This document shows, piece after piece, positions 43,269 to 53,727 of a DNA stretch of 64,000 bases. The stretch is from Gammaproteobacteria bacterium. GTDB lineage: Bacteria; Pseudomonadota; Gammaproteobacteria; Eutrophobiales; Eutrophobiaceae. A program made the translations under genes and the position numbers. The stretch covers positions 3,022,378-3,086,377 of the forward strand of contig OZ251218.1 of the NCBI GenBank assembly GCA_965240365.1, written 5' to 3'. The stretch's first letter is position 1. Each line of letters begins with the position of its first letter. The notes beneath the pieces were generated by a model that had not been told where the DNA came from, did not search any database, and saw only the letters and a program-made list of their open reading frames with translations.

Positions 43269-44665
43269 CACCTCTTGTTGCGCGGCGTCTGAAGCGCCAA
43301 AATGAAGTTTTTACTTAACCTAAATGCACAAAAGAGGTGTCCGAGATGAAAGTGACTCTAATTGGTATTGATTTGGCAAAGACTATTTTTCAAGTGTGTG
43401 GAGTGAATCAGGCCGGCAAGCCGGTGTTTAACCGGACGATACGGCGTGCGGGGGTTCGAATTACTGGGGACGTGAGTTGCAGAAGCGGGGCTATGAGGTG
43501 AAGCTGATTCCGCCGCAGCATGTGAAGCCGTTTGTAAACCTGCCTGCAGCAGGCAGGGGGGAACAAGACCGACCGTCATGATGCCCTGGCGATTTGTGAG
43601 GCGGCCGGTCGTCCTGAGTTGCGGTGTGTTATGCCTCGCAGTGTTGAGCAGACCGACCGGCTGCTGGCGCACCGGCTGCGCCCTGCCTGCAGCAGGCAGG
43701 GAGCAGGCCGTAGGCGGGCGTACCCGGTTGGTGAATCAAATGCGGGGGTTATTGCAGGAGTATGGCGTGGTGTTGCCCAGGGGAAGGGGGCGCTGGAAAC
43801 GGGCGCTGCCGGCCTTGCTGGAAGACGGTGAGCATGGCTTGACAGTTACCTGCCTGCAGCAGGCAGGGGGGCCGTCGCTATCTCGGCATGCCGTGGGCCG
43901 AGTGGCAGGCGCTGGATGTGCGTATTGCGGAGTTGGAGGAGGATATTAAGGCCTAGGTCAAGCAGGATGAGTCGGCGCGGCGTCTGACGGGCATCAAGGG
44001 GGTGGGGCCACTGATTGCCAGTGCGGCCGCCTGCCTGCAGCAGGCAGGCCACTATGCGGCCAATCTGGGACTGGTGCCCAGAGAGCACTCCAGTGGCGGC
44101 CGCCAACGGCTGGGAGGGATTACCAAACAGGGTAACCAGTATCTGCGCCGCCTGCTCGTCCAGGGGGCCTGGTCGGTCTTGCGCTATGCCGACCGCAGTG
44201 AAGACCGGCTGTCACGTTGAGCCAGACAGGTCACCTGCCTGCAGCAGGCAGGTGGCTCGCATCGGCAAGCATAAGGCGGCGGTGGCCGTGGCCAACAAAC
44301 TGGCCCGCATCATCTGGTCAATGCTGTATCACGGCGCCGAGTACCGGCCGGCCTGAGACACGCTCAGGCCCGTTTGAGACAGGAGTAGAACGTACCCACC
44401 ATAGGTTGCGATGAAGATATGAAGTAACATCTTAGACCTGCCTGCAGCAGGCAGGCCGGCCCCTGAAACGCTGGCTTACCCGACTGCAGCAGGCTTACCC
44501 GACTGGGCTGAAAAGCCCGAAGGCACGATAGAGCGACAGGGGCGCGGTTCTCATTGAGGCCCGGGGACAATGATTCCCCAACACAGAGGCCGGATAGTCG
44601 TATGCAGTCTTATTTTACCGTTACTGAATAATCAGCTTGCAAACTACGAGGTGTACATATAGGTC
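43269..44665 (+). mobile_element. IS110-family element copy 2 (transposase 43346..44340 disrupted)
   Basis: Left end ATGAGATGGTCACC directly after hairpin; same architecture as copy 1 but without IS630, with a different set of hairpins/deletions. Confidence 0.6.
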
Positions 44666-44733
44666 AGGAACAGGCCGCCGAGGAATCCAGTGGTTGATAC
44701 AACACATTCCCGCATCAGCGGGAATGACCATTT

Positions 44734-47588
44734 CTAATAAATCTGTTCAGCATCCTCCCCCCCGGCCAGAACAGGCACCCTGTCTTTCACCTTGTCCGAT
44801 CGCCGTGATGCGACCGGTTTAATCGGCCCCATATCAGCCTTCTTCAAATTAACCGCGCAGAACTTGAACTCGGGTATCTTGCCAAACGGGTCAAGCTCTT
44901 CATTGGTAATCAGATTGGCCGCGGCCTCGTTGAAGCTGAAGGGCATCATCACCACGCCCTCCAGGATATGTTCATCGGCGCGGGTGGCCACCGCGATACT
45001 GCCGCGGCGTGACTGGATCACGAGTTTGTCCCCGGTTGTGAGGCCGAATTTACGCAGATCTTTGGGGGTTGACCATGACGCACGGCCCCGGTTCCAGCGC
45101 GTCCAGCACCCGCGAATGGCGGGTCATTGTGCCCGTGTGCCAGTGTTCAAGCTGACGGCCGGTGACAAACACATAGGGGAAATCGCTGTCGGGCAGTTCG
45201 GCCGCTTCGGTGTATTCGGCCGGCACAAACCGGCCGCGGCCGTCCGCTGTCGGAAAGACGCCATCCTTGAATATCACCGGCTCGCCGGGATCGCCTTCTT
45301 TTTTCAAGGGATAAGTCAGCGAATCTTCCCGTTCCAGCCTGTCCCAGGTCATGCCGGCCATGCTGGGCACGGCCTTTCTGATCTCCGCGAAGACTTCCTC
45401 GGGGCCGGCATAGTCCCAGTCCAGGCCGATGCGCCTGGCCAGTTGCTGGATGATCCAGAGGTCCTGCCTGGCCTCGCCGGGCGGCTTGATGGCCTGCCGG
45501 CCGATTTGCACGCGCCGGTCGGTGTTGGTAAAGGTGCCTGTTTTTTCGGGGAAGGCCGTGGCCGGCAGGATGACATCCGCGTAGCTGCAGGTCTCGGTAA
45601 AAAATATGTCCTGAATCACGCAATGCTCAAGCCGGGCGAGGGCGGCCCGGGCATGGTGCAGGTTGGGATCGGACATGGCCGGGTTTTCACCCATGATATA
45701 CAAGCCCGTCAGATCGCCGTCATGGATGGCGTGCATGATCTCGACCACGGTCTTGCCCGGTTTCGGGTCCAGTTCCGCGCCCCCAAAGCTGCTCGAATTT
45801 TTCCCTGTTCCGGTCAACCGATACGGGCTGGTAGTCGGGGTAAACCATCGGGATCAGGCCCACGTCGGAGGCGCCCTGCACGTTATTCTGCCCGCGCAGC
45901 GGGTGCAGGCCGGTATTGGGCCGGCCGATCTGGCCGGTCAGCAGGGCCAGGGAAATCAGGCAGCGGGCATTGTCGGTGCCATGCGTATGTTGCGAGATGC
46001 CCATGCCCCAGAAGATGATAGCGCTCCCGGCCGTGGCATAGGTCCGGGCGATCTCCTTGATGCGTTCGGCCGCGACACCGCAGATCGGCGCCACCGCCTC
46101 CGGGCTGTACTTGAGCGCGGTTTCCTTGAGGGCTTCAAAGCCGTGTGTATGTTCAGCAATAAATTTTTGATTATGCAGCTTTTCGCTGATGATGGTGTGC
46201 ATCATCGCGTTTAATAACAATACATCCGTGCCGGGCCGAAGCTGAACCAGATAATTGTTGTGCAAATACATCTCGGAGCCGTAGGGTTCGATCAGGATCA
46301 GGCGGCTGCCCCGCTCAACGGCATTTTTCATAAAGGTCGCCGCGACCGGATGGTTATCGTTCGGGCGCGCGCCGATGACGATAATGACTTCCGCCCGGGC
46401 GCCGTCGGCGACCTGGTTGGACACCGCGGCCGAACCGATGGTCTCCAACAGCGCGGCGACGGAAGAGGCGTGACAAAGGCGCGTGCAGTGATCCACGTTA
46501 TTGGTGCCAAACCCGGCGCGCACCAGCTTTTGCACCAGATACGCCTCTTCATTGCTGCCCTTGGCGCAGCCAAAGCCGGCCAGCGCCCGCGGCCCCTGCT
46601 TATCCCGAATGCGTTTGAGGCCGCCGGCGGCAAAATCCAGCGCCTCGTCCCAGTCAGCTTCACGAAAATAGCGGGACACGTCCGCGGGCTTGATCAGGGC
46701 CGGCGTCTTGGCCGCGTCCCTGCGCCTGATCAGGGGCCGGGTCAGGCGATCCGAATGATGCACATAATCGAAACCGTAACGGCCCTTGACACACAAGCGG
46801 CTCTTGTTGGCCGGCCCGTCGCGCCCCTCGACATACTGAATCCGGTTGTTTTTGACATTAAAACTCAACAGGCAACCCACCCCGCAATAGGGACAGGCCG
46901 ATTCCACCTTTTTATCCGGCTTGACCAGGCCCACCTTGCCGGCCGGCATCAGCGCCCCGGTCGGGCACGCCTGCACGCATTCACCGCAGGCCACGCAGGT
47001 GCTCTCGCCCATCGGCGCGGCCATATCGAACACGATTTTTGATTTATTGCCGCGAAAGGCATAGCCGATCACGTTATTGACCTGTTCCTCGCGGCAGGCC
47101 CGGACACAGCGGGTGCATTGAATACAGGCGTCCAGATTGACGGCGATGGCCGGATGGGAGAGATCGGGTTCAAGCGGTTTGCGCTGTTCAAAGCGCGGCT
47201 TGTGAACCTTGAGCCGGCCCGCCCAGTAGTCCAGTTCCGATTGCAGGCGGTAAGGCGACTTGCCCTGCTCCGGCATATCGGCCAGCAATAGCTCAATGAC
47301 CATCTTCTGCGAGCGCAGCGCCCGTTCATTATTACTTTCGACCTTCATCCCCGCCGTCGGCTGCCGACAGCAGGAGGGCGCCAGCGCCCGTTCGCCTTCA
47401 ATCTCGACCATACAGGCGCGGCAATTACCGTCAGGGCGGTAGCCTTCCTTGTAGCATAAGTGAGGAATATCGATCCCGTTACGCTTTGCGGCCTGCAATA
47501 TCGTCTCTTCTTCATAGGCCAGGATGTCGCGGCCGTTGAGGCTGAAACGTGTGAGCGCGTCATACATGAACTTCGGATTTGCAGCCAT
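44734..47588 (-). CDS. fdsA: NAD-dependent formate dehydrogenase alpha subunit (FdsA); two apparent +1 frameshifts in G5 runs
   Basis: N-terminal 2Fe-2S/4Fe-4S (CYKEGYRPDGNCRACMVEIEG, CIQCTRCVRAC, CVACGECVQACPTGA), Mo-bisMGD domain (CPYCGVGC...HCTRLCHASS, Cys not Sec); three track ORFs (45720..47588, 45050..45817, 44734..45021) join if single G is removed at 45780..45784 and 45064..45068. Confidence 0.7.
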
Positions 47589-47713
47589 TTAGTCATACCT
47601 CCGAAAACAGCTTGTTTGAGTGGGCGCGGCCGGTAATTCCGTTGCGATGGGTCCGGTTTTGAGCGCGCGGGCGGCGTCACTATCCGGGCAAAAGACGGGT
47701 CGGGCCGGGCGCT

Positions 47714-49375
47714 TCATTTGAATTCCTGTGGAAAATACTTGATCGCGCAACGCAGCGGATTGGCCGCGGCCTGACCCAGGCCGCAGATAGAGGCGTCCTG
47801 CATGGCCCCGGCCAGTTCCAGCAGCAGTTCGGTATCCCATTCTTCGCGCTGCATCAGCCGCGCCGCCTTCTCCGTGCCGACCCGGCACGGCGTGCATTGA
47901 CCGCAGGATTCATGCTCGAAAAAACGCATGGCATTCAAGGCGGCGGCCCTAGCGCTGTCCTGGTCGGACAACACGATGATGGCGGCCGAGCCGATAAAGC
48001 AGCCATAGGGTTGCAGTGTGTCGAAGTCCAGCGGGATATTGTCCAGCGAGGCGGGCAGGATGCCGCCGGAGGCCCCGCCCGGGAAATAACCGTAGAATTC
48101 ATGTCCGACCAGCATGCCGCCGCAATATTCATCGATCAGTTCACGGATGGTGATCCCGGCCGGGGCCGGGTGTACGCCCGGTTTTTGCACGCGCCCGCTG
48201 ACGGAAAAGGAGCGCAACCCGGTGCGATCATGCCGCCCGTGGCGCGTGAACCAGCGCGCCCCGTTTTCGATGATGGCCCGGACCCAGTACATGCTTTCCA
48301 TGTTCTGTTCCAGGGTCGGGCGGCCAAACAGCCCGACCTCGGCCACGTAGGGCGGGCGTAATCTGGGCATGCCGCGCTTGCCTTCAATGGACTCGATCAT
48401 GGCCGATTCCTCGCCGCAGATATAGGCCCCCGCGCCGCGGCGCAGATGGATCTCCGGCAGATCACAAGGCGGATCCCGCGCCAGCAGTTCAAGCTCCCGT
48501 TCAAGCATCTTGCGGCAACCGGCATACTCATCCCGCAAATACAGATAAATCCTGTCGGCCTCAATGGCCCAGCGCGCGATCAAGGCGCCTTCAAGGAAGC
48601 GATGCGGGTCGCGTTCGAGATAATAGCGATCCTTAAAGGTGCCGGGTTCGCCTTCATCAATATTGATCGCGATCATGCGCGGTCTGGCCTGTTTGCTCAG
48701 GATGCGCCACTTTTTGCCGGTCGGGAAACCGGCGCCGCCCAGCCCCCGCAGATTCGAGTCTTCCAGTATCGAGATGATCTGCTCGCGTGAATAGTCGCCC
48801 CGAATACATTTCAACAATGTTTCATAACCGCCTTTTGCGCGGTATTCGGCATAGCCGGTGCAGGCGGGCGGGGAATCTTCAAAGTGGTTTTGATCAATGG
48901 CCGTCCTTATTTTGTCCAGATCAGCATGCTCAATCGGCCGGGTGCCGGCCACGGCCACGGGCGCAGCCGGGCAGCGGCCCACGCAGGGCACGGGCTGGAT
49001 ACGGACATTATCGAAATTTTCCGACTGAAGCCGCCGGATGAGTTGTTTGGCGCCGAACATCTCGCAGGTGACGGAATCACAGACGCGCACGGTACGGGGC
49101 GGGGGCGGCGGGTCATTTTCCCGCAGGACATCAAAATGATGATAAAAGGTGGCGGTTTCGTAGATTTCCGCCACGGGCAGGCTCATTTCCAGCGACAGGG
49201 CCTGTATATTGCGGCTGGAGATGGCGTGATAGCGGTCCTGGATTTTATGCAGATGCTCAATCAGAAACTCGCGGTCGCGCGGCGCGTCACCCAGCAGGGC
49301 CTTGATTTCCGCAACGGACTCGTGCGGAATAGTGCGGCCCTTGAGGCGGCCTTTTTTTCCTCTGGTGCGTTTCAT
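47714..49375 (-). CDS. fdsB: NAD-dependent formate dehydrogenase beta subunit (NuoF-like with NuoE-like N-terminus)
   Basis: 553 aa; NADH/FMN site GLRGLGGAGFPTGKKW, 4Fe-4S ESCGQCTPCRVG. Confidence 0.85.
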   Translation of the reverse strand: MKRTRGKKGRLKGRTIPHESVAEIKALLGDAPRDREFLIEHLHKIQDRYHAISSRNIQALSLEMSLPVAEIYETATFYHHFDVLRENDPPPPPRTVRVCDSVTCEMFGAKQLIRRLQSENFDNVRIQPVPCVGRCPAAPVAVAGTRPIEHADLDKIRTAIDQNHFEDSPPACTGYAEYRAKGGYETLLKCIRGDYSREQIISILEDSNLRGLGGAGFPTGKKWRILSKQARPRMIAINIDEGEPGTFKDRYYLERDPHRFLEGALIARWAIEADRIYLYLRDEYAGCRKMLERELELLARDPPCDLPEIHLRRGAGAYICGEESAMIESIEGKRGMPRLRPPYVAEVGLFGRPTLEQNMESMYWVRAIIENGARWFTRHGRHDRTGLRSFSVSGRVQKPGVHPAPAGITIRELIDEYCGGMLVGHEFYGYFPGGASGGILPASLDNIPLDFDTLQPYGCFIGSAAIIVLSDQDSARAAALNAMRFFEHESCGQCTPCRVGTEKAARLMQREEWDTELLLELAGAMQDASICGLGQAAANPLRCAIKYFPQEFK

Positions 49376-49559
49376 GCGCCGTGTTTATTTCACCCCTATC
49401 GTTAATGGTTATGAATTATGACCACAACGTCATCATAATTTCAGGCCGCCTGTTTTTAATTCAGTATTCGGCGGACAACCGATAGAAACGAACACCATCC
49501 GCAATCCTATCTGGCGTCAATTTGTATTGACGCCCATTAAGACTTCATTTTTGTAATTA

Positions 49560-50340
49560 TAACCGATTTGGCATGTATTGCTTGATTTTGTTGCGTCATT
49601 TATCCAACGCCGTCATTCCGGCCCATCGCAGAGGCAGGCGAAAGTCGGAATTCCAACCGGCACGGTAGGGCAGGCAGAGCCGGAATCTATTTCACATCCC
49701 GGCAGACCTTTCCTGGATTCCAGCTTTCGCTGGAATGACGACGGGGGCAGGAATGAAAAGACAGCAGGGAGTCAAAAGGAGCGGGAATAACAGAGGCCAG
49801 AATAACTTTGAAGGTCAACGGGCCGTATCTATCACCTACGTCGTCATTCCGGCGAAGGCCGGAATCCAGTGGCTTATGTCATACATTCCCGCTTAAGCGG
49901 GAATGACAATCAAATGCGTTATTTCAACCGGCACGGTAAAGCAGACAGAGCCAGAATCCATATCACATCCCGGCAGACCTTTCCTGGATTCCGGCCTTCG
50001 CCGGAATGACGACGAGGGAGTAAATAACAGAGGGGGTCTGAAAGATACCCGGCTACGCCCCTGCCGTCATTCCGGCCGGCACGGTAAGGCAGGCAGAGCC
50101 GGATTGCATTTCGCCCCCCGGCCCCGCCCTCCTGGATTCCAGTTTCCGCTGGAATGACTACGGGGGTGGAATGGAAAAGAGGGCAGAGGACCAAAAGGAG
50201 CGGCAGTGACAGAAGCCGGAATAACATTGAAGACCAACGAGCCGTATCTATCACCTACGTCGTCATTCCAGCGAAAGCTGGAATCCAGTGGTTTATATAC
50301 TACATTCCCGCGCAGCGGGAATGACAACAGAGGAGGGCGG
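49560..50340. repeat. Composite intergenic repeat array (two ~419-bp higher-order units)
   Basis: Hairpins of three kinds: ATTCCCGC-N4-GCGGGAAT, TCATTCC(A/G)GCGAAAGC(T/C)GGAATCCAGTGG, TGGATTCCAGCTTTCGCTGGAATGACG. Confidence 0.7.
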
Positions 50341-50352
50341 GAATAACGAACC

Positions 50353-51174
50353 TCAACGAGGTTGCAATATCAATATCTCCCCCTTCCCATTCAGGGCCAG
50401 ATCGCCGCTATAACGGTGTGCGACCGGCTGTTGCCGGCTGAATAACGCCAACTCGCCGCCCATATTCGCCAATTGGGTAAATAACAGGCGCAGAAACTGC
50501 ATTTTCAGATGACCGCAGCTTTTGAAGGTGGCGGACAGGCTGGCCGGTTTTTTGGCGAGTATCAGGCTGCCCCGGCGCATCCCGGCGGCCGGGTAGCGGC
50601 CGGCCTTGTCGAGGATAATCACCGTGCCGGCATGCATACGGCTGGCGCAATAGTCGCCCGCCTTGCCGCGGATGATAATGATCCCGCGCCGCATGCGATC
50701 CGCCACGCGATCACCGGCGCGGCCGCCGATATTTATCATGCCGCCGCTCATGCCAAACAAATCCCCCGGCCGTCCGGCGCCGGCATAGTCCCCGGCATTG
50801 CCGTCTATATCAATCCGCCCGCCGGCCAGCCCGCTGCCCGCCCAGGCCCCGGCGTCGCCCCTGACGCGGATACATCCGCCCGCCATGCCCCGGCCGAGCA
50901 AATCACCCACGTCGCCTTCCACCTCGATGCCGCCGCTTTGCATCCCCTGGCCCACGCCGCTCAATTTGTCACAGCTTTTTGCTATCTTGATCCGGCCGCC
51001 GGGCCGCCCCGTGAGCTTAAATAAATCCGCAACGCGGGCCGTTTCTCCGCCGTAAACCAGCCTGATGCCTTTGATCGCGGCCAGTGTCTGGCCTGCCAGC
51101 TTATCCGGTGTCAGCACCGACATATCCAGCCGGTATTGCGGCGCGTGTTTCAGGCTAAGGGTCAGCGCCGTCAT
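50353..51174 (-). CDS. fhcC: Formyltransferase/hydrolase complex subunit C (FwdC-like)
   Basis: 273 aa; tandem GxxGxxxG beta-helix repeats. Confidence 0.8.
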   Translation of the reverse strand: MTALTLSLKHAPQYRLDMSVLTPDKLAGQTLAAIKGIRLVYGGETARVADLFKLTGRPGGRIKIAKSCDKLSGVGQGMQSGGIEVEGDVGDLLGRGMAGGCIRVRGDAGAWAGSGLAGGRIDIDGNAGDYAGAGRPGDLFGMSGGMINIGGRAGDRVADRMRRGIIIIRGKAGDYCASRMHAGTVIILDKAGRYPAAGMRRGSLILAKKPASLSATFKSCGHLKMQFLRLLFTQLANMGGELALFSRQQPVAHRYSGDLALNGKGEILILQPR

Positions 51175-52067
51175 TTTAACAACGCCCGCAGATGGAACAG
51201 ATGCGGCCCCAGATGCCCGCCATAGTGGCCCGCGCTGATGCGATAAATGCCTTTGGCGGGGCCAAACGAGCAGGCGGCGCGAATCCCGGCGCGCATTGCC
51301 CTGTTGATGGCCGCCTCGTCAAGACCGTCAATCACGATCTCAAGCACCGAGCCGATCTCGGGGCTTAACGCCGTTTTAACCTGTCCCTTGAGGGTAGGGC
51401 AGTAGGCCTCGTTGGTTGAAGCCGTGAGGAATTTATATTTTGAGCCGACTTTTGAGCCGGAACCGACCACCCCGCCGGGGAAGGCCGTGATCACGCCCGG
51501 CACCTGGCGGATGGCGGCAACGGCCTTTTCACAGGCCGCGAGGCCATGCCGGGCGGTTTTGGCCAGCACCAGAAAATTACCGCCGCCGATGGCGCCGGTC
51601 ACGCCGGTGGATTCTTCACAGATAAATTCGCCGTGCATGACCGGGATCCGCCAGTAACGCCGGCCATTAATGAGCTTTGAAATCTGGTAGCCGTCGCCGA
51701 AAAAACGCAGGTGTTTGCCCATGGGGATCTGTTTTTCACTGTCGAGGCCGGAGTAGCAGGCCGTGGTGGCCGTGGTCATTACCGACTGCCCGACCCGCGT
51801 GGGCACCTGTTTTTCCAGATCTTTGGTGGACATGGTAAACAGCATGACCGCGATGCCCGGCCGCCCGTCCGGGGTCTCGGCCGGTTTTAATTCCCGCTCA
51901 ATATCGGCCTCAATGCCGCAGGCGATGACCGAGGAGGCAAAACCGCGAATGGCATTGGCCGCCAGATAGGCCCATTTTAAGGTCATCGCGGTAATGATGA
52001 TGCGCGTGGCCTTCATCGGGAAGGCTTCGGCAAAGGTGTCATCAATGACTACGCCGTTGATCTTCAT
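51171..52067 (-). CDS. fhcD: Formylmethanofuran--tetrahydromethanopterin formyltransferase (Ftr-like) FhcD
   Basis: Start at MKINGVVIDDTFAEAF; ~298 aa typical Ftr. Confidence 0.85.
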   Translation of the reverse strand: MKINGVVIDDTFAEAFPMKATRIIITAMTLKWAYLAANAIRGFASSVIACGIEADIERELKPAETPDGRPGIAVMLFTMSTKDLEKQVPTRVGQSVMTTATTACYSGLDSEKQIPMGKHLRFFGDGYQISKLINGRRYWRIPVMHGEFICEESTGVTGAIGGGNFLVLAKTARHGLAACEKAVAAIRQVPGVITAFPGGVVGSGSKVGSKYKFLTASTNEAYCPTLKGQVKTALSPEIGSVLEIVIDGLDEAAINRAMRAGIRAACSFGPAKGIYRISAGHYGGHLGPHLFHLRALLK

Positions 52068-52071
52068 GCCT

Positions 52072-53727
52072 TCACGCGCAGGGTTGAACGATGACCCGGC
52101 TGTTGCCATGTTCCATGATTTCAGCCTCATCAATCTTGAAATTAGCCAGCGAAACGGTCTGGTAATCGGCAAAATAACGCTTTAACGATCGCTCTATGCC
52201 GCGGTCGAATTCCGGCCGCAAGGTATGCGTCGCGCCATTGACCACCCGGCTGATCCTGCCGTTGCGCACGATCAATTCCCCGTCCTTGAACACATAATCC
52301 GGCCGGCCAAACATCTTCTCCTTATCGGCCTGTTCGCTGTAAACCGTAATATCGGCCACGGCCCCGGCCCCCAGATGCCCGCGGCTCCTGAGTCCCAGGC
52401 TCCTGGCCGGCGCGGCCCGGGTCATAATGGCGATCTCGTACAGGGAATATTCACGATCAATACCGGCCAGTGTGCTGGCCCGGGCGGCGGCCGGGTTTAT
52501 CGTGCCCAGCATCTCGTTTCTGAAATGGCGATCCATGAGCAGGCGGATCAAATGCGGGTAACTGGTAAAAGGGGCGCCGTTCGGGTGATCGGTGGTCAGG
52601 AACACGCGCCACGGGTCATCCACCAGCAGGAACAACTCCAGGCCAATGGCCCATTGCAGCGCATTCACAAAATTTTTGTCGCGGTACTTGAACGGCACGA
52701 CCCCGCAACCCGCCTCGCATTCAATATCCATAATGAGCCATTTGTCCGGGTGGGCATGTTCATGGCCGGCGTATTGCAACATCGAGTCGCCGGATACCGT
52801 CACCGTTTGCCCGAACAGGATTTGCCCCACATCAATGGAAATATTCGGGTTTTTATTCACCGCCTCGGCAATCCCGGCGGCGGCGGATGAAAACTTTCTG
52901 TCACCCTCGCTGCCGTAGCTGTGAAACTGGATATGGGTCAGGTGCAGCGGCCTGCCCTCGGCCGCGGCAATGGTGGCCAGCGTGGTGGCGGCATTGCCGG
53001 GCACGCCCAGGTTGCAGCCGTGCACATGCAGGGGGTGAGGAATGCCCAGTTCGGTCACGGCCCGGCTGAGCGCGATCACGATTTCCCTGGGCGATACGCC
53101 GTAATGCGGGTTGCGTTCATCCAGGTCCAGCCGCCGCTGATTAAACTTGAACGCGCTGATGCCGCCCGGATTCACCACCTTGATCGCCAAAGCCTGGGTC
53201 GCGTTGATGATCCAGCCCACGTAATCGTTGATCAGGGCCTGATCTTTCTTTGCCGCCAGCAGCCGCAGAAAAAAATCATCATTGCCCAGCATGGCATAAG
53301 CCCCCTTGTCAACCATCGGCGTGTCGGCCATTTCCATATGCGTCTGCCTGGCGTTGGCGGGCAGCATGGCAGGTTCGAAACAGGCCGTATAGCCCATCTC
53401 GGCATAACGATAACCGGCGGTGAAGGTTGAAGGCGCGGCATGGCCGCAGCCCGAGCGCGTGAGTTTTGTCCGGTTGACCGGGTCAGCCGCGTGGTCCTCC
53501 GGCAACATCATGCGCGCCAGATTGACCTTGCCGCCGCCGATATGGGTGTGGATATCAATGGCCCCGGCCATGACGATCCTGCCCTTGAGATCAAGCCGCC
53601 GGCCTATCCTGGCCCCGGCCGCGGGCTCAGGGCAGATAAGGCCGTCCCGGATATACAGATCCCGCCGCTCGCCGTTAATACCGTGCGCCGGGTCATAGAC
53701 CCGCCCGTTCGCCAGTTTGGTGTACAT
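52072..53727 (-). CDS. fhcA: Formyltransferase/hydrolase complex subunit A (FwdA-like amidohydrolase)
   Basis: 551 aa from MYTKLANGRVYDP; metal-dependent hydrolase fold (DIHTHIGGG); start overlaps fhcB stop (TAATG). Confidence 0.85.
   Translation of the reverse strand: MYTKLANGRVYDPAHGINGERRDLYIRDGLICPEPAAGARIGRRLDLKGRIVMAGAIDIHTHIGGGKVNLARMMLPEDHAADPVNRTKLTRSGCGHAAPSTFTAGYRYAEMGYTACFEPAMLPANARQTHMEMADTPMVDKGAYAMLGNDDFFLRLLAAKKDQALINDYVGWIINATQALAIKVVNPGGISAFKFNQRRLDLDERNPHYGVSPREIVIALSRAVTELGIPHPLHVHGCNLGVPGNAATTLATIAAAEGRPLHLTHIQFHSYGSEGDRKFSSAAAGIAEAVNKNPNISIDVGQILFGQTVTVSGDSMLQYAGHEHAHPDKWLIMDIECEAGCGVVPFKYRDKNFVNALQWAIGLELFLLVDDPWRVFLTTDHPNGAPFTSYPHLIRLLMDRHFRNEMLGTINPAAARASTLAGIDREYSLYEIAIMTRAAPARSLGLRSRGHLGAGAVADITVYSEQADKEKMFGRPDYVFKDGELIVRNGRISRVVNGATHTLRPEFDRGIERSLKRYFADYQTVSLANFKIDEAEIMEHGNSRVIVQPCA

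Noticed and set aside
44792-47042. Long + strand ORFs (408 aa, 260 aa) opposite fdsA, and similar antisense ORFs opposite fdsB, fhcA, fhcB, fhcC, ccoG and the second fhcC (62124..63134)
   Set aside because: All overlap well-supported genes on the other strand, in GC-rich DNA where stop codons are rare. No recognisable domains.
45720-47588. Selenocysteine (TGA) recoding as explanation for interrupted fdsA or the autotransporter TGA
   Set aside because: The FdsA active-site position carries Cys (RLCHASS). The fdsA breaks are frameshifts in G5 runs, not TGA codons. The autotransporter TGA has no SECIS-like context and the gene has no redox role.
49560-50340. Inferring a Neisseria-like origin from dRS3-like ATTCCC-N8-GGGAAT repeats
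   Set aside because: Gene content and synteny (zipA, uvrC-pgsA-tRNA order, Fhc/Fds genes) and high GC point to a gammaproteobacterial C1-oxidiser. The repeat formula is probably convergent or broadly distributed.
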